Below the pieces are notes generated by a model. It did no database searches, was not told where the DNA came from, and saw only the letters and a list, made by a program, of their open reading frames with translations. Positions 36,120 to 44,668 of a stretch of DNA of 64,000 bases are shown here, piece by piece (position 1 is the stretch's first letter; every line of letters begins with the position of its first letter). The position numbers and the translations under genes were made by a program. Origin of the DNA: Acidimicrobiales bacterium (GTDB lineage: Bacteria; Actinomycetota; Acidimicrobiia; Acidimicrobiales; AC-14); NCBI GenBank assembly GCA_050742435.1, contig JBOGIE010000001.1:1188-65187 (forward strand). Direction: 5' to 3'.

Positions 36120-36457
36120 GCACCGTGCATGGTACCGGGGGCGGGTACCCGCCCGGCCCCGGACGCGAAGCGGCCCCGAGTAGCCCGGCGGCCGAAGCCA
36201 CTGAACTTCTCGGGACCGACCTCACGGCCTCCCACAACCTCCCTGCGCCGCCCGGAGGCGGGCACCGGCCGGCCCGATGGTCCCCGGGAGGAACACCGGC
36301 GTGTGTGTGAAGCCGGCCCGTCACCTCCCTGCGGCCGCTTGCGCGGCCACCGTTCGGTGCGGACGAGGACAGTATGGCGGGCCGGGGATGTGCATTGGAA
36401 GGGGAGCAACCTGGGGATTTCCGGCCCGTCCGCTGGGGACCGCGGCCCCCGTGCCGA

Positions 36458-37171
36458 TCAGGACCGGGCGGGCGTGTCGAACTTGTAGCCCAGGCCGCGG
36501 ATGGTGACGATGCTGCGGGGCTTGGATGGGTCGACCTCCACCTTGGCCCGCAGGCGCTTGATGTGGACGTCGAGGGTCTTGGTGTCGCCCACGTAGTCCG
36601 CGCCCCAGACCCGGTCGATGAGGACGTCGCGGGTGAGCACGCGGCCGGCGTTCTCGAGCAGGAGCTCCAGCAGCTCGAACTCCTTGAGCGGCAGGTTGAC
36701 CGGCTCACCCCGCACGAACACCTCGTGGCGCTCGGGGTCGAGGCGGACGTCGCCCGCCTCGAGCGTGGCCGGGCTGGCCCGCGCCTCGGCCGGCTGGGGC
36801 GCCCGGCGCAACGCCGCCCGCATGCGGGCCACCAGCTCCCGCAGCCGGTAGGGCTTGGACACGTAGTCGTCGGCCCCCACCTCGAGGCCGACCACGGTGT
36901 CGATCTCCGAGCTCTTGGCCGTGACCATGATGATCGGCACCCGGGACTGCGTCCGGATCTCCCGGCACACGTCGATCCCCGAGATGCGGGGCAGCATGAC
37001 GTCGAGCAGGACCAGGTCCGGCTGCACGACGTCGAACATCTCCAGTGCCTCCACGCCGTCGCGCGCCACCCGGACCCTGAACCCTTCGCGCGTGAGCCCC
37101 ACGGTGAGGGCCTCCACGTAGGACTCCTCGTCTTCGACCACGAGGATGGTGCTCGAGGACGGCTCGTTCAC
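36458..37171 (-). CDS. regX3: OmpR-family phosphate response regulator RegX3
   Basis: Motifs are ILVVEDEES, LLDVMLP and IDRVWGADYVGDTKTLDVHIKRLRAKVE..TIRGLGYK. The sequence is near-collinear with mycobacterial RegX3 as I recall it. Confidence 0.85.
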   Translation of the reverse strand: MNEPSSSTILVVEDEESYVEALTVGLTREGFRVRVARDGVEALEMFDVVQPDLVLLDVMLPRISGIDVCREIRTQSRVPIIMVTAKSSEIDTVVGLEVGADDYVSKPYRLRELVARMRAALRRAPQPAEARASPATLEAGDVRLDPERHEVFVRGEPVNLPLKEFELLELLLENAGRVLTRDVLIDRVWGADYVGDTKTLDVHIKRLRAKVEVDPSKPRSIVTIRGLGYKFDTPARS

Positions 37172-37177
37172 GGTCTG

Positions 37178-38038
37178 TCAGGCTGCCCGGGCGACGGCCC
37201 GCTCGATGAAGGACGCCACCTCGGCGTCGGTGTCGGCCCGTACGCCGAGGAGGGCGGTGACCGTCACCCAGCCCTCGCGCAGCAGGGCGCCGTCGGTGCC
37301 GGCCTCCGGGTCGGGTGCGGTGAACCGGAACTCGGCGGTGTAGGGATTGCCGTCCGGCTCGCGGACGGCGGCCTGGACGGTGCCGAACGTGGCCAGAGGA
37401 GCCTGGCACACCCCGGCCAGCCGGTCGGCGGGCAGGTCGGGGACGTTGACGTTGAGGACGGTGCCGGCCGGCGCGTCGACGATCCAGTCCAGTGCGGCGG
37501 CGGCCACAGTGGTGGCGGTGGCGAAGTGGGCGGGCCGGAAGGCGTTGATGCTCACGGCCAGACCGGACAGGCCCACGCTGGCTCCGGCCAGGGCGGCGCC
37601 CACCGTCCCCGAGAAGAGCACCGACGTGCCGGTATTGGGCCCCAGGTTGACGCCCGACGCCACGATCGTCGCCTCGGCCGCGGCCTGGCCCAGTTCACCC
37701 AGCCGTGCGCCCAAGACGGCCAGGGCGGGCGGGCCGTCGACGGAGAAGGCGAGCAGGTACTCGAAGCCCGGTTCGTCCAGCCCGGCGATCCGTACCGGCT
37801 CGATGCGCACGCCCTCGGGCGGCCGGGGGGCGATGGCGGCCGAGGTGCCGCTCTGGTCGCTGGCCGGAGCGGCCACGACCACCCGCCGCCCGGGTCCGGC
37901 GACGGCCCGGATCAGCGCGGCCAGGCCCGGCGATCCCACCCCGTCGTCGTTGGTGACCAGCACGGCCGGGCCGCTCTCCACATTGGAGCGGCCTCCCGGG
38001 CCGCTCTCCACATTGGAGCGGCCTCCCGGGCCGCTCAC
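37178..38038 (-). CDS. surE: 5'/3'-nucleotidase SurE (start ambiguous)
   Basis: Motifs are [13 protein letters not shown] and [22 protein letters not shown]. In-frame GTGs occur at 38038, 38011, 37981 and 37963. GTG 38038 overlaps the pstB stop (GTGA). GTG 37963 gives the canonical short N-terminus. Confidence 0.8.
   Translation of the reverse strand: MSGPGGRSNVESGPGGRSNVESGPAVLVTNDDGVGSPGLAALIRAVAGPGRRVVVAAPASDQSGTSAAIAPRPPEGVRIEPVRIAGLDEPGFEYLLAFSVDGPPALAVLGARLGELGQAAAEATIVASGVNLGPNTGTSVLFSGTVGAALAGASVGLSGLAVSINAFRPAHFATATTVAAAALDWIVDAPAGTVLNVNVPDLPADRLAGVCQAPLATFGTVQAAVREPDGNPYTAEFRFTAPDPEAGTDGALLREGWVTVTALLGVRADTDAEVASFIERAVARAA
37971..38036. repeat. Perfect 30-bp tandem duplication (2 copies plus a 6-nt partial third)
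   Basis: CCGCTCTCCACATTGGAGCGGCCTCCCGGG occurs at 37971-38000 and again at 38001-38030, followed by CCGCTC. On the minus strand each unit reads GGGAGG-N10-GTG. Confidence 0.95.
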
Positions 38039-38808
38039 CCGAATCTCCCGGTGATGTAGGCCTCGGTCCGTTCGTCGTCGGGCTTGGTGAAGATCCGCGA
38101 GGTCGGCCCCACCTCCACCAGCCGTCCCGGCTCGCCCGCGACCTCGAGGTTGAAGAAGGCGGTCGAGTCGCTGACCCGGGCGGCCTGCTGCATGTTGTGG
38201 GTGACGATCACGATGGTGTACTGGTCCTTGAGCTCGGCGATGAGGTCCTCGATCCGCAGGGTGGACACGGGGTCCAGGGCCGAGCAGGGCTCGTCCATGA
38301 GTAGGACCTCGGGCTCCACGGCGATGGCCCGGGCGATGCACAGCCGCTGCTGCTGGCCCCCGGACAGGCTGGCGCCCGGCCGGTCGAGGCGGTCGCGCAC
38401 CTCCTTCCACAGCCCCGCCCCCTGCAGGGCCCGCTCCACCACGGGGTCGAGCTCGGAACGCTTGCGGGTGCCGTTGAGGCGCAGCCCGGCAGCCACGTTG
38501 TCGCGGATGGACATGGTCGGGAACGGGTTCGGGCGCTGGAACACCATGCCGATCGTGCGCCGCACCGACACCGCGTCGATGCCCGGGGCGTAGATGTCCT
38601 CGCCGTCGAGCAGGACCTCACCGTCGATGCGGGCGCCGGGGACGACCTCGTGCATCCGGTTGAGGGTGCGGATGAAGGTCGACTTCCCGCATCCCGAAGG
38701 GCCGATGAGGGCGGTGACCTGCTTGGGCTCGATGGCCAGCGTGACGTCGGCCACGGCGCGGAACGCCCCGTACCAGGCGGTGACGTGGTTGGCCTCGATG
38801 CGCTTCAC
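38035..38808 (-). CDS. pstB: Phosphate ABC transporter ATP-binding protein PstB
   Basis: GTG at 38808 overlaps the pstA stop. Motifs are [43 protein letters not shown] and [13 protein letters not shown]. Confidence 0.95.
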   Translation of the reverse strand: MKRIEANHVTAWYGAFRAVADVTLAIEPKQVTALIGPSGCGKSTFIRTLNRMHEVVPGARIDGEVLLDGEDIYAPGIDAVSVRRTIGMVFQRPNPFPTMSIRDNVAAGLRLNGTRKRSELDPVVERALQGAGLWKEVRDRLDRPGASLSGGQQQRLCIARAIAVEPEVLLMDEPCSALDPVSTLRIEDLIAELKDQYTIVIVTHNMQQAARVSDSTAFFNLEVAGEPGRLVEVGPTSRIFTKPDDERTEAYITGRFG

Positions 38809-39845
38809 GGCCGGAGCATCCCGTTGCGCCGGGTCACCAGGCGGGCGGCCACGGTGAGGAGCAGGACCACGGCGATGAGCGTAAGCGCCCCCGCCCAGGC
38901 CCGGTCCACGGCGGTGGTGAACGCCGACGACGCCTGGGTGAAGACGAACAGGGGCAGGGAGGACTGCGGGCCGGAGAACGGGTCGTTCCGGATGGAGTCG
39001 AACCCGAAGGCGGTGAGCAGCAGGGGGGCGGTCTCGCCCGTGACCCGGGCCACGGCCAGCATCACGCCGGTCGTGATCCCCGTCGACGCGGTGGGGAGCA
39101 CGACCTTGAGGATGGCCCGCCACCGGGGGACGCCCAGGGCGTAGGCCGCCTCCCGCAGCGAGTCCGGGACCAGCTTGATCATCTCCTCGGCCGAGCGCAC
39201 CACGATCGGCAGCATGAGGATCGACAGGGCCATAGATGCTGCAAACCCCGAGAACCCGCGTCCTAGTCCCAGGACCCAGAAGGCGTAGATGAACAGGCCG
39301 GCCACGATCGACGGGATGCCGACCATGACGTCGATCACCGTGCGCACCAGCGACGCCAGCCGGCCGCGCCCGTACTCGGTCAGGTACACGGCCACCACCA
39401 GGCCGGTCGGCACCGCGATCAGGCTGGCCAGCAGCACCTGCTGCAGCGTGCCGACGATGGAGTGGTAGGCGCCACCGGCGTCGTCGCGGGGGCCCACCCC
39501 GTTCATCGAGTGGGTGAAGAAGTACCAGTCGAGCGACCTCAGCCCCCGCACCGCGGTATAGATCAGCACCGACCCCAGCGCCAGCAGGCAGACGCCCACG
39601 GTCGTCACCATCAGCACCGCGGCCAGGCGGTCGACGACCGAGCGCCGCCCTTCCACCCGGCCGGCGGCCAGGAGGTAGGCGGCGGTGCCGGCCAGGTAGG
39701 CGACGAGGAGGAAACCGGCCCGGCCCTGCAGCGGCGTCAGCCAGAAGGCGAGCAGGGTGAGGACCACGCCTCCGGCGGCGGCGGCGGCGGCCTGGGCTGG
39801 GGCCAGCCGGCCGGCGTGGATGAGAGAGGGGGCCGAGGCGCTCAC
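38805..39845 (-). CDS. pstA: Phosphate ABC transporter permease PstA
   Basis: GTG at 39845 overlaps the pstC stop. The EAA loop is [23 protein letters not shown], and GETAPLL is present. Confidence 0.9.
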   Translation of the reverse strand: MSASAPSLIHAGRLAPAQAAAAAAGGVVLTLLAFWLTPLQGRAGFLLVAYLAGTAAYLLAAGRVEGRRSVVDRLAAVLMVTTVGVCLLALGSVLIYTAVRGLRSLDWYFFTHSMNGVGPRDDAGGAYHSIVGTLQQVLLASLIAVPTGLVVAVYLTEYGRGRLASLVRTVIDVMVGIPSIVAGLFIYAFWVLGLGRGFSGFAASMALSILMLPIVVRSAEEMIKLVPDSLREAAYALGVPRWRAILKVVLPTASTGITTGVMLAVARVTGETAPLLLTAFGFDSIRNDPFSGPQSSLPLFVFTQASSAFTTAVDRAWAGALTLIAVVLLLTVAARLVTRRNGMLRP

Positions 39846-40825
39846 GGGCGGCCGGTCGCCGCCCCGCCCCCGGTGCGGCGGATGACCCCCCGGGCGGCGA
39901 CGGTGGCGGTCAGGGTGATGGCGAAGAGCACCAGGCCGCTGGCGATGAGCGCCGAACGGCCGATCTCGCCCGCCTCGCCGAACTTGGTGGCGATGTTGGC
40001 GGCGATGGTGTTGCCGCCCGGCTCGAGTATCCGCAGGCTCACGTCGAACGTGGCCGCCAGCACCAGGGCGACGGCGATGGTCTCGCCCAGGGCCCGGCCC
40101 AGCCCCAGGATCACCGCGCCCACCACCCCGCTCCGGCTGGCAGGCAGCACCGAGGTGCGGATGACCTCCCACCGGGTGGCGCCCAGGGCCAGGGCCGCCT
40201 CCCGCAGTTCCTGGGGCACCTGGCGGAACACCTCCCGGGCCACGGCGGCGACGATCGGCAGGACCATGAGGGCCAGCACCACCGAGGCGGCGAACACCGA
40301 CTTGCCGTAGACGTCGTCGGGGTTGGCGAAGAGCGGGATGAAGCCGAAGTGGTCGGCGAGGAACTGCTGCATCGGCACCAGCCGGGGCACGAGGAAGAGC
40401 AGCCCCCAGAGCCCGTAGACCACGCTGGGCACGGCGGCCAGCACGTCGATCAGGTAGCCGATCCACCGCCCGACCGCCGGCCGGGCGTACTCGGTGACGT
40501 AGAGCGCCGACCCCAGGGCGACGGGGACGGCGACGACCAGGGCCTGGACGCTGGAGAGGACGGTGCCCCACACCAGGGCGGCGATGCCGAAGCGGGGGGG
40601 CGTGGCGTCGGGGAACCACTCCCGCTCGGTGACGAAGTCGAGGCCGGCGGCGCGCACGGCCGGCCACGCCCGCCCGAGCAGGAATGCGGTCATGACCAGG
40701 AGCACGACCAGGACCACGGCGGCCACCGCGGTGGTCAGGCCCTCGAAGATCCGGTCGCCGGCGTGCCCCCCGGACGTGGACCCGCCGAGCGTGCTCGCCG
40801 GCGGGCGGGTCGCGGTCTTGCTCAG
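39842..40825 (-). CDS. pstC: Phosphate ABC transporter permease PstC (start uncertain)
   Basis: Motifs are GDRIFEGL and [23 protein letters not shown]. No ATG, GTG or TTG lies between the pstS stop and TM1. The candidates are CTG 40825 (a CTGA overlap with the pstS stop) or GTG 40921 (a 100-nt overlap). Confidence 0.85.
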   Translation of the reverse strand: MSKTATRPPASTLGGSTSGGHAGDRIFEGLTTAVAAVVLVVLLVMTAFLLGRAWPAVRAAGLDFVTEREWFPDATPPRFGIAALVWGTVLSSVQALVVAVPVALGSALYVTEYARPAVGRWIGYLIDVLAAVPSVVYGLWGLLFLVPRLVPMQQFLADHFGFIPLFANPDDVYGKSVFAASVVLALMVLPIVAAVAREVFRQVPQELREAALALGATRWEVIRTSVLPASRSGVVGAVILGLGRALGETIAVALVLAATFDVSLRILEPGGNTIAANIATKFGEAGEIGRSALIASGLVLFAITLTATVAARGVIRRTGGGAATGRP

Positions 40826-41907
40826 GGTCCCACCGCCCTCAGGGCGGCGGTCCGGACGGGCTCGGGCAGCGGGGCGTAGTCGAGGCCCTCGGCCAGGTCC
40901 TGCCCGTCGGTGAGCACCCACGTCACGAAGTGGCGCAGGGCGGTGTCCTTGGCCGCATCGGAGATCTGGGCGTAGAACATCAGGTAGCTGGCGGTGCTGA
41001 TCGGATATGCCGCGGGATCGGCCGGCGTGAAGTTCAGGTCGAGCGTGCCGTCCGGGTTGGTCGTGGACTCGGCCAGCGCGGCGCTGACCGCGGAGGCGGT
41101 GGGGGCGACGAACCGCCCCGACGCGTTCCGGACCGTGGCCACTCCCAGGCCCGCCTGCTTGGGGAAGCTGGGCTCGGCGTAGCCGATGGCTCCCGGCGAC
41201 TGCTTGACCGCGGCGGTCACCCCGTCGGAGCCCTTGGCACCGGTGCCCGCGGTGCCGGCCGGCCAGTCCTTGCCGCTCGGGAACGTCCAGATGTCGGGCG
41301 CCACCGCCTTCAGGTACTCGGTGAAGACCTGGGTGGTGCCCGAGCCGTCCGAGCGATGGACGACCTGGATGCCGATGGAGGGCAGCGATGCGTTGGGGTT
41401 CTGGGCCTTGATGGCGGGATCGTTCCACCTGTCGATCCGGCCGGCAAAGACGCCGGCCACCACCTCCGGCGTCAGCCGCAGGTCCCGCACGCCCGGGAGG
41501 TTGTACTCCACCGCCACCCCGCCCGCCGTCCACGGGATCTGGACGACCGCGCCCGGCCCCCCGGTGGCGGCCACCTCGCTGGGCTTGAGGGGGACGTCGG
41601 AGCCGGCGAAGTCGACCGTCCCGGCGGTGAGCTGCTGGATGCCCGCGCCCGAGCCGATGGGCTGGTAGTTGACGGTCACGCCGGGAGCCAGCACCGCGTA
41701 GTACTTGATCCACTCCTGGACGAGGGTGGCCGGGAACGTGGCGCCCGCCCCGGAGAGCGTGGCCGAGTCCTGCGAACCGGCCACCGTGCCGGGCGGTACC
41801 GGCCGGCCGCGGTCGAGCCGTTCGCTGTTGTCGTCGGACCCGCACCCCGCGGCGGCCACGGCGAGGGCCACGGCGGCGACGAGCGGCGTGACGAGACGAC
41901 TCCTCAC
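40822..41907 (-). CDS. pstS: Phosphate-binding lipoprotein PstS
   Basis: GTG at 41907. The lipobox is VAAAGCGS. Motifs are LSGAGATFPA, YQPIGSGAGI and GTVDFAGSD. Confidence 0.95.
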   Translation of the reverse strand: MRSRLVTPLVAAVALAVAAAGCGSDDNSERLDRGRPVPPGTVAGSQDSATLSGAGATFPATLVQEWIKYYAVLAPGVTVNYQPIGSGAGIQQLTAGTVDFAGSDVPLKPSEVAATGGPGAVVQIPWTAGGVAVEYNLPGVRDLRLTPEVVAGVFAGRIDRWNDPAIKAQNPNASLPSIGIQVVHRSDGSGTTQVFTEYLKAVAPDIWTFPSGKDWPAGTAGTGAKGSDGVTAAVKQSPGAIGYAEPSFPKQAGLGVATVRNASGRFVAPTASAVSAALAESTTNPDGTLDLNFTPADPAAYPISTASYLMFYAQISDAAKDTALRHFVTWVLTDGQDLAEGLDYAPLPEPVRTAALRAVGP

Positions 41908-41949
41908 GGAGGGAACCTACCGGCGGCAGTCGTCCGGCTCATGGACGAC

Positions 41950-41971
41950 AGGTGAACGGCAGGTGAACGGG
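41950..41971 (-). promoter_or_regulatory. PHO box: two 11-nt direct repeat units with GTTCACC core upstream of pstS
   Basis: The minus strand reads GTTCACCTGCC GTTCACCTGTC. On the plus strand this is AGGTGAACGGC at 41950-41960 and AGGTGAACGGG at 41961-41971. A -10-like TAGGTT lies at 41919-41914, and the GTG start follows 6 nt later at 41907. Confidence 0.7.
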
Positions 41972-42086
41972 AGACTGCGAACCCGGCATTGGGTTGCGCG
42001 GGGAAGCCCCACCGCCGGTAGGGTGACGGCGACCGTCCCGGGCGGGGAGCGCCGGACGGGCCTTGCCAGTTCTGCCCAGGAGGCCG

Positions 42087-43094
42087 ATGGCCGCACCACC
42101 TCGGAGGAGAATCGGCGGCGTCGCCTTGGTGCTCCTCGCCCTGTCGCTCGGCCAGGCGCCGGTCTCCGCCGGCCAGATCGAGGACAAGCGGGAAGAGGCG
42201 GCGTCGATCATCTCCAAGCTCCAGGCCCAGGCCCGCAGCATCGTGGCCCTGGACCGGGAGCACCGGCGGGCCCGCGACGAGCTGGCCGTCGCCGACGCCG
42301 CGGTGTCCCGGGCCGAGGCCGAGCTGGCGGTGGCCGCCCGCCGCCAGGACGAGGCCCGCCGGATGCTGGTCGCCCACGCCCAGGCCGCCTACGCGGGCGG
42401 GGGCAGCGTGACGTTCCTCGGGCGCATGGCCCGGGCCACCGTCCTCGACGCCGGCGCCCGGCGCACCTACCTGCGCATCGTCGCCGGCGAGGACCGCCAG
42501 GCCATCGGGCGCCTCCAGGCCGCCCGGGAGGATCTCCAGCTCCGGCAACGGAGTCTGGCCGACGCCCGCCAGGCCGCCGCCGCCCGGGCCGACGCCACGG
42601 TCGCCGAGCTGGCCGAGTTCGAAAAGGCGGTGGCCGCCCAGCGGGCGGTGCTGGCCCGGGTGAACGGCGAGCTGGCCCAGCTCGTCGCCGCCGAGCAGGC
42701 CCGGCGTGACGCCGAGGCGGCCCGCAACGCGGCTGCCGCCCGCCTGACCGCGGCGTCGGCCGCTGCGCCCACCCCGGTCTCCGGGCCTGCGCCCCGCGCC
42801 CCGGGAACCACCGGGCCGCCGGCGGCAGCCGCCCCGGCGGCGGCGGCGGCACCGGAGTCGTCCGACTCGATCGACGAGACGTTCGCCTGCATCCGCCAGC
42901 TGGAGTCCGGCAACAACTACAACTCCCCGAGCGGCGGCGCCTACCAGTTCCAGGACGCCACCTGGCAGTCCCTCGGGTACTCGGGCAGCGCCGAAGACCA
43001 CCCACCCCATGTGCAGGACGAGGCGGCCCGCAAGCTCCAGGCCCGCGACGGCTGGTCGCCGTGGACGGTGGCCCCGCTCTGCGGGAAGGTCTGA
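42087..43094 (+). CDS. Secreted coiled-coil protein with C-terminal Rpf/transglycosylase-like domain
   Basis: ATG at 42087 follows AGGAGG (the track ORF begins at TTG 42063). It has a signal peptide, a long Ala/Arg/Glu-rich coiled coil, and a C-terminal CIRQLESGNNY...GAYQFQDATW...WSPW. Confidence 0.65.
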   Translation: MAAPPRRRIGGVALVLLALSLGQAPVSAGQIEDKREEAASIISKLQAQARSIVALDREHRRARDELAVADAAVSRAEAELAVAARRQDEARRMLVAHAQAAYAGGGSVTFLGRMARATVLDAGARRTYLRIVAGEDRQAIGRLQAAREDLQLRQRSLADARQAAAARADATVAELAEFEKAVAAQRAVLARVNGELAQLVAAEQARRDAEAARNAAAARLTAASAAAPTPVSGPAPRAPGTTGPPAAAAPAAAAAPESSDSIDETFACIRQLESGNNYNSPSGGAYQFQDATWQSLGYSGSAEDHPPHVQDEAARKLQARDGWSPWTVAPLCGKV

Positions 43095-43103
43095 GCGCCG
43101 GCC

Positions 43104-43988
43104 TCAGCCCACCGGTTCGGAGACGGGGGCGTCGATCGAGTCGTCGCGCTCGGGCGGACGGTCGCCCCGCAGCTCGCGGCGCGCGACCTTGAGGAATACG
43201 ACCACGACCAGCCCCCAGATCACCAGCCCCTCGGCCAGCTCCATCACCAGTCCGCCCGTCTGCTGGTCCTCGAGGGTGTCCCACCCGAACAGGTGGGGGA
43301 ACGGCTCGTAGGCCGCATACAACGGCTCCGTGGCCCAGATCAGCCACGAGCCGGCCACCGACGGGGCCAGCGACAGGAAGAACAGGTAGACGATCTGGCG
43401 GCGCGGCGCCCGGATGCGGGGCAGCTCGGGCAGCGGGCTGGTGAGGGGCCACCACGCGGCCAGCGCGGCCAGGACCAGGGCGGTGTGCTGGGCGAGGTGC
43501 GACGGCCCCGACCGCACCGCGCTGTCGGCCAGCACGGGCAGGTGGGTGGCGGTCGTGACCAGGCTGTAGACCAGCACCGCCACCCAGGGCCGGACGGCGC
43601 GGCGGAAGAGCGGCATGACCGGCGAGAGCCCCCAGCGCCACAGCCAGGCCGGCGTCCCCAGGATGAGCAGCGGGGGCACGACCAGGGTGTAGACGCTGTG
43701 CTGGACCATGTGCACGGTGTAGGAGAAGCCCTCGGCCAGGTTGTGGGCCGGCCACGCCGAGAAGAGGTACAGGAGGCCCAGGGCGATCACCAGCATCCGG
43801 AGCTGGCGGCGGCTGATCCGCTCCTCGCCGGGGCGCAGCACCCGTGGCGCGACGACCCGGAAGGCGACGACGTAGAGGCCGGCGACGACCGCCATCACCG
43901 CCAGCACGTCGAGGTGGGGATCCCAGCGCCATGGCGACTGGTCGGGCCGGGTGCCGTGGGCCAGCACGAGCAGGAGGCTGCCGGTCAT
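43104..43988 (-). CDS. Cytochrome c oxidase assembly factor CtaG-like (Caa3_CtaG family) membrane protein
   Basis: ATG at 43988 overlaps the phoU stop by 1 nt (TAATG). The protein is polytopic and has YTVHMVQHSVYTLVVPPLLILGTP. Confidence 0.7.
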   Translation of the reverse strand: MTGSLLLVLAHGTRPDQSPWRWDPHLDVLAVMAVVAGLYVVAFRVVAPRVLRPGEERISRRQLRMLVIALGLLYLFSAWPAHNLAEGFSYTVHMVQHSVYTLVVPPLLILGTPAWLWRWGLSPVMPLFRRAVRPWVAVLVYSLVTTATHLPVLADSAVRSGPSHLAQHTALVLAALAAWWPLTSPLPELPRIRAPRRQIVYLFFLSLAPSVAGSWLIWATEPLYAAYEPFPHLFGWDTLEDQQTGGLVMELAEGLVIWGLVVVVFLKVARRELRGDRPPERDDSIDAPVSEPVG

Positions 43989-44647
43989 TACTCGGGGTTG
44001 AACGCTCCCGTGACCATGTAGCCGACGCGCTCGCCGATGTTCACCGCGTGGTCGGCGATCCGTTCGAAGTACCGGCCGAGGAGGGCGACCTGCACCGCCC
44101 GCTGGACCTCCGACTCGTCCTGGGCCCCGCGCCCGAAGATGGTGCGGTACAGCTCCTTCTGGAGGTCGTCCATCACGTCGTCCATGTCCTCCAAGGCCGA
44201 CGCCTTGGCCGGGTCGCGGTCGGCGAAGGTGTCGGTGGCCAGCTGCAGCTGGGCCGTCGCCTGGCGGCGCATGCGGTCGATGATGCCCCGCACCTTGGGG
44301 TCGAGCGGCCCGGGATAGAGGCGGCGGGCGCCCTTGGCCACGTTGACCATGAGGTCGCCGATGCGTTCGAGCTCGTGGATGATCCGGAGGGTGGTCACCA
44401 GCATGCGCAGGTCGACGGCCATGGGCTGCTGGCGGGCGAGGAGCAGGTAGGTGCGTTCCTCGATGGAGTGGGTGAGGTCGTCGAGCACCTTGTCGGCGGC
44501 GATGACCTCCTTGGCCGCGGCCAGGTCGAGGTCGAGCAGTGCCGACGTCCCGGCCTGGATGGCCTCCGACGCCAGCACGGCCAGCCGTACGGCGTCGGCG
44601 TGCAGCTGGTCGAGCTCCTCGTGGAAGACCTTGCGGGTTTCGGGCAT
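43988..44647 (-). CDS. phoU: Phosphate signalling complex protein PhoU
   Basis: 219 aa. It has the duplicated PhoU repeats (EERTYLLLARQQPMAVDLR, ELERIGDLMVNVA, ERIADHAVNI). Confidence 0.9.
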   Translation of the reverse strand: MPETRKVFHEELDQLHADAVRLAVLASEAIQAGTSALLDLDLAAAKEVIAADKVLDDLTHSIEERTYLLLARQQPMAVDLRMLVTTLRIIHELERIGDLMVNVAKGARRLYPGPLDPKVRGIIDRMRRQATAQLQLATDTFADRDPAKASALEDMDDVMDDLQKELYRTIFGRGAQDESEVQRAVQVALLGRYFERIADHAVNIGERVGYMVTGAFNPE

Positions 44648-44668
44648 GCGGTCCTCTGGGTGCCGGGC

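Noticed and set aside
37971-38030. The 30-bp perfect direct repeat considered as a possible CRISPR array.
   Set aside because: There are only two directly abutting copies with no spacers and no cas genes nearby. It is a tandem duplication at a gene junction.
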